DNA of 64,000 nucleotides from Bacteroidota bacterium (lineage in GTDB: Bacteria > Bacteroidota > Bacteroidia > Bacteroidales > GCA-2748055): contig JAZDPG010000107.1 of assembly GCA_043797815.1 (NCBI GenBank), forward strand, positions 5,252 to 69,251, written 5' to 3'. A program made the translations under genes and the position numbers. The notes beneath the pieces are model-generated. The model saw only the letters and a program-made list of their open reading frames with translations, had not been told where the DNA came from and did not search any database. This document shows positions 57,716 through 64,000 of the stretch, in pieces (the first letter of the stretch is position 1; every line of letters starts with the position of its first letter).

Positions 57716-58825
57716 ATGGAAAAGAATTCCAAGATATACATCGCCGGACATACCGGGCTGGTGGGTTCGGCCATCACCAAGACCCTGATCAACAAGGGTT
57801 ACACCAACCTGCTGACCAGGGACATCAGTGAGATGGACCTGACCAGTCAGGCTGAGGTGAAGGCCTTCTTTGAAAAAAAGAAGCCCGAATATGTGATCCT
57901 GGCAGCTGCCAAGGTGGGTGGCGTGGTGGCCAACAACATCTACCGGGGCGAGTTCATCTACCTGAACCTGATGATCCAGAACAACGTGATCCATCACGCC
58001 TACGAAAACGGCGTGAAGAAACTCCTCTTTTTGGGATCCACCTGCATCTACCCCAGGGAGGCTCCCCAGCCCATGAAGGAGGAGTACCTCCTAACCGGTC
58101 CGCTGGAGTACACCAACGAGCCCTATGCCATCGCCAAGATTGCCGGCATGAAGCTCTGCGAATCCTACAACATCCAGTACGGCACCAACTTCATCGCCGT
58201 GATGCCCACCAACCTCTACGGGCCCAATGACAACTTCGACCTGGAAAAGTCCCATGTCCTCCCTGCCCTGCTCAGGAAGATCCATTTGGGAAAACATCTA
58301 CAAAATAACGATTGGGAAAACATCCGGAAAGACTTGAACACCTTCCCGATTGAAGGAGTCGATGGGTCCAAAGAAGAAAGCGAGATCCTTCAAAAACTGA
58401 ATAAGTACGGAATTACCAAAGATGGCAACCAGGTCCAAGTAGAGATCTGGGGAACCGGTAAACCCATGCGGGAGTTCATGTACTCCGAAAACATGGCCGC
58501 CGCCTGCGTATTTATGATGGAGAATGTAGACATCCAACAGATCAACAGCTTCACCAAAGAACCCATCGATCCGAAAGACCCGCGAAAGATCCACTTCGTG
58601 AATATCGGCACCGGCCAGGAGATCTCCATCAAAGACCTGGCCCTGAAAATAAAAGGCTCCTTAGGTTACCAGGGTGAAATCTATTTCAACACCGAAAAGC
58701 CCGACGGTACCATGCGCAAACTCACCAACGTGGACCTGCTGCATAAGCTTGGCTTCAGGCACGACATCGAACTTGACCAAGGCCTTGATCTGATGTATAA
58801 TGCCTACCTTAGCAAACAAGACTGA
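57716..58825 (+). CDS. fcl: GDP-L-fucose synthase
   Basis: AGHTGLVGS, AAAKVGG, LGSTCIYP, YAIAK, MPTNLYGP, WGTGKPMREF. Confidence 0.96.
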   Translation: MEKNSKIYIAGHTGLVGSAITKTLINKGYTNLLTRDISEMDLTSQAEVKAFFEKKKPEYVILAAAKVGGVVANNIYRGEFIYLNLMIQNNVIHHAYENGVKKLLFLGSTCIYPREAPQPMKEEYLLTGPLEYTNEPYAIAKIAGMKLCESYNIQYGTNFIAVMPTNLYGPNDNFDLEKSHVLPALLRKIHLGKHLQNNDWENIRKDLNTFPIEGVDGSKEESEILQKLNKYGITKDGNQVQVEIWGTGKPMREFMYSENMAAACVFMMENVDIQQINSFTKEPIDPKDPRKIHFVNIGTGQEISIKDLALKIKGSLGYQGEIYFNTEKPDGTMRKLTNVDLLHKLGFRHDIELDQGLDLMYNAYLSKQD

Positions 58826-58844
58826 CTCGAAAACCGCCATCCAT

Positions 58845-59642
58845 ATGAAGACCCTGATCAAACTGGCAACAGCATTCATTGTTGCCATTATCGTTTTTGG
58901 AAGCTGCACCTCCCAGAAAGAACTGATGTACCTTTCCAACCTCGACACCACCAGTGTGCAGCAATTCTTCCCCATGGAACGACCAGACTACCGGATTCAG
59001 TATCAGGATATTCTATACGTAAATCTATTTACATTAAATGCGGAAATGAATGATTTGCTTAATCCAGGCAGCGGTACAACAAACAGTGCTTATATGTTCC
59101 GCGATCCAAGTAGCTCCTACATTTATGGATACACAGTCAGTGATTCCGGAACAATATCGTTACCTATTTTGGGTGAGGTAGAAGTATATGGTTTGACTCT
59201 TTCAGAAGTAAAAAAAGCGGTGGAATTACGTGCCGAACAATACCTGAAAGACGCTGTAGTGAATATCCGATTACTCAGTTTTAAATTCACAGTAATTGGA
59301 GAAGTAAACCGACCAGGAACATTTACCAACTATAACAATCAATTAACTGTCTTGGAAGCTATCGGGATGGGAGGAGATATCACAGATTATGGTAACAGGA
59401 AACAAGTATTGGTGGTCCGCCCGTCTAAAGAAGGCACTTACACCTATCGTATTAACCTCCAGGATAAAAACCTTCTTCAATCGGAAGGATATTTCCTGTT
59501 ACCAAATGACATCGTCATTGTTGAACCCATAAAGAGCAAACCATTCCAGCTAAATATACCAACTACTTCTTTGCTAATTTCCACAACCCTAACTACGGTA
59601 TCTACATTAATTCTTTTACTTAGCTTCATGAACAGCAAATAG
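58845..59642 (+). CDS. wza: Polysaccharide export lipoprotein (Wza-like)
   Basis: Start re-called at 58845, lipobox FGSC; GTISLPILG, VIGEVNRPG, GGDITDYG. Confidence 0.88.
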   Translation: MKTLIKLATAFIVAIIVFGSCTSQKELMYLSNLDTTSVQQFFPMERPDYRIQYQDILYVNLFTLNAEMNDLLNPGSGTTNSAYMFRDPSSSYIYGYTVSDSGTISLPILGEVEVYGLTLSEVKKAVELRAEQYLKDAVVNIRLLSFKFTVIGEVNRPGTFTNYNNQLTVLEAIGMGGDITDYGNRKQVLVVRPSKEGTYTYRINLQDKNLLQSEGYFLLPNDIVIVEPIKSKPFQLNIPTTSLLISTTLTTVSTLILLLSFMNSK

Positions 59643-59681
59643 CCGCTTTTCGCAATCACCTGAATAAAATGAGTACTATAT

Positions 59682-62096
59682 ATGAACCAGCATACAAAGA
59701 ACCAGCCTCCATCAGCAGGGCCAGGATATCCTGAAAGCAATTATAGTTATCCTTCTCAAGCTTTCCAGCAGGGAGAGACCAATATAAACTGGAAGAAATA
59801 TTTCTTTCTTTATTTATCAAAATGGTACTGGTTTTTTATTGCAATGGGCTTGGCAATTGGAATTGCTTTTTTCAAAATTAGATATACTATCCCACAATAT
59901 CAGGCAACCGCCACATTGATTATTGAAGATGGGCAAGGATCTAATGATATACTGAGTGAATTAAGGTCAGTTAGATATTCCCGGCGACAGACCGATATGG
60001 CCAATGAGGTCGCAAAACTGAAGTCATTTACCATTACCAAACGTGCAATTGACAGCTTAAATCAAGATATCTATTGGACTGCTTACGGGCGCATACGCGA
60101 ACGGCCCCTTCTGTCTAATTCAGATCTAGAATTACATATCCTTAGTGATTCCGTCAATTGGTATAAGAACCAGAAATGGTTCGTTGATTGCATTGATGAG
60201 GTAAAATTTCGTTTATACCAGGATCAAGGAATAGATACCCTTCTAATGTTCAACCGGGAGTTGAATATTCAGGGGTGGCTTTTTAGTTTAAAACTTATTT
60301 CAGAAAGTAGTGGATACCATACTTATAACTTCGTGGTCAATGATCCTATTTACCTTGCTAAACATTACAAAAGCAAGCTCGAAGTTGAAACCGAGGAGAA
60401 AGAAGGAACGATAATTACCACTCGGTCTTCGGGACCAGTGGGTGAAAGAGAGGTAGATTTCCTGAATACTTTAAGTAAAATATATATTCTATCTGGTCTT
60501 GAACGCAAACAGGAGATCGCAGAAAATACTTTTCTTTTCATTGATGAACAGATTAATATCATCCTGGACTCCCTCACACAGGCTGAAGATCAATTGTTAA
60601 CTTTCAGACTATCCAACAACGCAATTAATCTAAGTCGTGAAGGTGAAATGGCCTATGATAAACTAAAAAGTTATTATGAACAAAAAACGGCGTTGAAATT
60701 AAAAGAGAACTATTACAGGTACCTTCAATCCTATGTAGAGGAGCGTAACGATCCGAAAACCCTTATTTCACCTACATTGGGGAATGATAATGATCAGGTA
60801 TTAATAAGTGCCATCCAGGAGTTACAGGGTTTATATGAATCACGCGAAAATCTCGATTATGCAGTCCAACAGGCTAATCCGGGATTAGGGAGTATTAATG
60901 AGCGAATAAGCGCAGCCCGGCTGCGCATTCTAGAGGTTATAAAAGGATTGATCATTAATAATGACCTGATTATGGATCAAATTAATACTGAGGAACAGGC
61001 TGTGCTTAACCAATTAAAAAACCTTCCTCTAAATGAGCAGCAGCTTCTGAATATCAAGCGAAAATATGACCTCTATAACCAGTTTTACACCTTTCTTCTT
61101 CAAAAGCGAGCCGAGGCTGGCATACAAAAGGCATCTACCATTTCAAATATCTCAATGATTGATGAAGCAAGGTATGACCAGATCATCCAGATAGGAAATG
61201 ACAAAATGAAAATCGTACTTATTGCATTTATACTGGGTTTGTTGTTCCCGGCTGTAATATTTCTTCTCTGGGATCTGTTGGATGGACGGATCAGGGAAAA
61301 AGAAGATATTACAAATAACTCATCTATCCCCATTATTGGTATTGTTGGACACGCCATAAGCCCAAGTGGCCTTTTAATTAAGGATGCTCCTAACTCTGCT
61401 TTTGCAGAGTCTCTGAGGAGAATCCGTTCCAATCTCCAGTTTATTCTTCGGGATCCTGAACAAAAAGTGATAATGATCACTTCAAGCGTCAGTGGAGAGG
61501 GTAAAACCTTCATAGCTGCAAATCTTGCTGCAATTTTTGCAATGAATAACAAGCGGGTGCTTCTTGTAGGCTGCGACCTCAGGAGGCCCTCGCTGCATAA
61601 ATTATTCAACATAGAAAATAAAATCGGATTATCTTCAATTATTATTGGGGAGGAACTTACCAAGGATTGCATATTTTCGACTTCGATACCAAATCTTGAC
61701 TTATTACCTGCCGGCCCTGTCCCTCCCAATCCATCTGAATTAATTGAAACAAAGGAAATGGAACAACTGTTTAATGAACTTATTAAACAGTATGACTTTG
61801 TCATTCTAGATACACCCCCTCTTGCTCTGGTTTCCGATTCATTATCACTGAGCAAATATGCCCATACCACACTGTATGCAATAAGACAAAACTACAGTCA
61901 CAAAGATGTAATTAATGTTGCCAACCTTATGCAAGAGGAAGACCGTTTACCCAAACTTGGATTAATAATAAATGACATCAACCCATCAAGAAGCCTTGGA
62001 TACAGATATTATTATGGTTATGGCAAATCATACCATTATGGTTATTACGACTACAAGTATGCAAAAGATTATTACAATGAGGATTTTCAATCTTAG
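59682..62096 (+). CDS. wzc: Polysaccharide co-polymerase / tyrosine autokinase (Wzc-like)
   Basis: Two TM segments, AESLRRIRSN, SGEGKT, DLRRP, DTPP, Tyr-rich tail. Confidence 0.92.
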   Translation: MNQHTKNQPPSAGPGYPESNYSYPSQAFQQGETNINWKKYFFLYLSKWYWFFIAMGLAIGIAFFKIRYTIPQYQATATLIIEDGQGSNDILSELRSVRYSRRQTDMANEVAKLKSFTITKRAIDSLNQDIYWTAYGRIRERPLLSNSDLELHILSDSVNWYKNQKWFVDCIDEVKFRLYQDQGIDTLLMFNRELNIQGWLFSLKLISESSGYHTYNFVVNDPIYLAKHYKSKLEVETEEKEGTIITTRSSGPVGEREVDFLNTLSKIYILSGLERKQEIAENTFLFIDEQINIILDSLTQAEDQLLTFRLSNNAINLSREGEMAYDKLKSYYEQKTALKLKENYYRYLQSYVEERNDPKTLISPTLGNDNDQVLISAIQELQGLYESRENLDYAVQQANPGLGSINERISAARLRILEVIKGLIINNDLIMDQINTEEQAVLNQLKNLPLNEQQLLNIKRKYDLYNQFYTFLLQKRAEAGIQKASTISNISMIDEARYDQIIQIGNDKMKIVLIAFILGLLFPAVIFLLWDLLDGRIREKEDITNNSSIPIIGIVGHAISPSGLLIKDAPNSAFAESLRRIRSNLQFILRDPEQKVIMITSSVSGEGKTFIAANLAAIFAMNNKRVLLVGCDLRRPSLHKLFNIENKIGLSSIIIGEELTKDCIFSTSIPNLDLLPAGPVPPNPSELIETKEMEQLFNELIKQYDFVILDTPPLALVSDSLSLSKYAHTTLYAIRQNYSHKDVINVANLMQEEDRLPKLGLIINDINPSRSLGYRYYYGYGKSYHYGYYDYKYAKDYYNEDFQS

Positions 62097-62191
62097 AAAA
62101 TAAAAACCTAACTGTCGCTAGTGTGAATGACAAACTTACCTTTCAGTGCAATTGATTACAAATATTATTCAAATTATCAAATAACATCACC

Positions 62192-63196
62192 ATGATCAAA
62201 GTTGGAATAATTGGTTTTGGCTACTGGGGGAATAATATTGTGAGAAATTTCTATAAAAACCAAAACTTCAAAATTGAGAAAGTAGCTGACAAAAGATTAG
62301 ATAGACTTAAAATCCTAAATCAATCCTACCCCTCGATTAAAACCACTACCGATCCGACAGAAATTTTGACTGATCCATCAATCGATGCTGTTGCAATAGT
62401 AACGCCTGTTTTCACACATTTTCAATTTGCCAAAGATGCCCTTGAAAATGGTAAACATGTATTACTGGAAAAGCCAATGACAACTAAGACGAGTGAAGCA
62501 GAAAAATTAATTGACCTGACTATTCAGAAAAATCTTTCTTTGATGGTTGATCACACTTTTCTTTATACAGGTGCAGTTCAGAAAATGAAGCAACTAATAT
62601 CAAGTGAGGTAATTGGAAAAATTCAGTATTTTGACTCAACAAGAATTAACCTCGGCTTATTCCAATCTGATATTAATGTATTATGGGATTTGGCTCCTCA
62701 TGATATTTCTATTTTATCACATCTATTCAGTGAAAAACCATATAGTCTTAATGCCACAGGTGTTTCACATACTCACAACGGATTAGAGAATATTGCGTAT
62801 TTAACTGTCAATTATGAATCAGGTATGATAGCCCATTTTAATTGTTCATGGTCTTCACCGGTAAAAATTCGTATGATGCTGATTGGGGGTGACAAGAAAA
62901 TGATTGTTTTCAATGATTTGGAACCGACGGAAAAAATTAAAATCTATGATACCGGATATACTATCAAGAATTATAATGAAAAACAAAATATTTTAATTGA
63001 CTACCGAACAGGTGATATTTTTATTCCAAAAACACCGATGACTGAGGCCTTATCTTTAATGGTTGAGGATTTTGCTCAATCGATCAAAAATAGAAGCCTT
63101 CCTGTTTCCGACTATAATTCAGGACTAAATGTTGTTAGGATTTTAGAGGCTTCGAATAGGTCCCTTATGAATAAGGGATCAGAAGTAATCATTTAG
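62192..63196 (+). CDS. Gfo/Idh/MocA oxidoreductase (nucleotide-sugar dehydrogenase-like)
   Basis: GFGYWG, HVLLEKP, WDLAPHD. Confidence 0.88.
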   Translation: MIKVGIIGFGYWGNNIVRNFYKNQNFKIEKVADKRLDRLKILNQSYPSIKTTTDPTEILTDPSIDAVAIVTPVFTHFQFAKDALENGKHVLLEKPMTTKTSEAEKLIDLTIQKNLSLMVDHTFLYTGAVQKMKQLISSEVIGKIQYFDSTRINLGLFQSDINVLWDLAPHDISILSHLFSEKPYSLNATGVSHTHNGLENIAYLTVNYESGMIAHFNCSWSSPVKIRMMLIGGDKKMIVFNDLEPTEKIKIYDTGYTIKNYNEKQNILIDYRTGDIFIPKTPMTEALSLMVEDFAQSIKNRSLPVSDYNSGLNVVRILEASNRSLMNKGSEVII

Positions 63197-63205
63197 AAAG
63201 TAAAT

Positions 63206-63715
63206 ATGGAACTTATTAATGTTGATTCTCCGAGACAAGTCTTGCGAAATGTTCAAATAGGTAAAAATGTTAGGATCTTTGATTTTGTTAATGCCTATGA
63301 ATGCATCATTGGCGATAATTCTAAAGTTGGTGCTTTTGTAGAGATCCAAAAAAGCGCTTATATTGGGAAAAATTGCAAAATATCCAGCCATTCTTTTATT
63401 TGTGAGGGTGTTACAATAGAGGATGATGTTTTTATCGGACACAATGTTACATTTATTAATGATAAATATCCCCGTTCCACGAATCCTGATGGGACTATTC
63501 AATTAGATACGGACTGGGAAGTTGAAAAAACCTTGATTAAACGAGGAGCATCCATTGGATCAAGCTCAACCTTATTAGGTGGCCTAACTGTTGGTGAAAA
63601 TTCTATTATTGGCGCCGGAAGTGTTGTAACAAAAGATGTCCCGGCAAATACTATTGTAGCTGGCAATCCTGCGAAAATAATTCGTTTCCTTAATGAAACT
63701 AAACGAGAAATATAA
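63206..63715 (+). CDS. Hexapeptide-repeat N-acetyltransferase (WbpD/WlbB-like)
   Basis: IGKNCKISSHSFICEGVTIEDDVFIG, GAGSVVTKDVP, GNPAK. Confidence 0.88.
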   Translation: MELINVDSPRQVLRNVQIGKNVRIFDFVNAYECIIGDNSKVGAFVEIQKSAYIGKNCKISSHSFICEGVTIEDDVFIGHNVTFINDKYPRSTNPDGTIQLDTDWEVEKTLIKRGASIGSSSTLLGGLTVGENSIIGAGSVVTKDVPANTIVAGNPAKIIRFLNETKREI

Positions 63716-63719
63716 GCTC

Positions 63720-64000
63720 ATGAAAGATAATAGTATCCTATGTCTGGATTTAAAGAAACAACATAAGCAAATACAAAATGAGATATTTGCTCAATTTGAA
63801 GCGGTTTACAAAAATACTGCCTTTTCTGGAGGCCCATTTGTATCTGCTTTTGAGAAGGAATTTGCACGTTTCTGCGGAACAAAATATGCAGTGGCAGTTA
63901 ATAGTGGTACCTCAGCATTACATTTATCAATGTTGGTATTGGGAATTGGAAAGGGAGATGAGGTAATTATTCCGGCAAATACTTTTATTGCTACTGCTTG
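63720..64000 (+). CDS. DegT/DnrJ/EryC1/StrS aminotransferase, 5' part; runs off the window
   Basis: Manual translation from ATG 63720: ..GGPFVSAFEKEFA..AVNSGTSALHL..GDEVIIPANTFIATA. Confidence 0.9.
   Translation, partial: MKDNSILCLDLKKQHKQIQNEIFAQFEAVYKNTAFSGGPFVSAFEKEFARFCGTKYAVAVNSGTSALHLSMLVLGIGKGDEVIIPANTFIATA

Noticed and set aside
63778-63966. 62-aa ORF
   Set aside because: Off-frame inside the DegT aminotransferase starting at 63720

Overview
Chromosomal DNA from a Bacteroidota (probably Bacteroidales-type) bacterium, judged from the SusC/SusD pair, T9SS C-terminal domains, UpxY and many TAnnTTTG -7 promoter elements. From left to right: (1) 0.4-20.3 kb, a convergently arranged polysaccharide utilization locus with a tagatose-6-phosphate pathway (AgaS, GatZ/KbaZ, PfkB, GatY), a GH36 enzyme, three uncharacterised DUF4832-like putative glycoside hydrolases, an EamA transporter and SusCD; (2) 20.5-37 kb, housekeeping genes (yihA, pdxJ, pth, rplY, prs, hslR, an acyltransferase, ClC) mixed with single inserted toxin-like genes (hicAB, a degenerate Fic, PIN, AAA-DUF4143); (3) 37-44.4 kb, a six-gene hydrogenase-4-like membrane complex of the Ehr type that lacks the NiFe cysteines, and whose small subunit also has 3 of 4 Fe-S cysteines replaced by Asp/Asn; (4) 44.6-52 kb, a toxin-antitoxin graveyard of internally deleted genes and paralog remnants; (5) 52-64 kb, a divergent surface-polysaccharide locus (fnlABC, then upxY, gmd, fcl, wza, wzc and amino-sugar genes). 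Short tandem duplications or arrays recur exactly at gene starts and stops. I found no rRNA, tRNA, CRISPR array, integrase or transposase. All family calls come from motif recognition by eye; no database searches were run.
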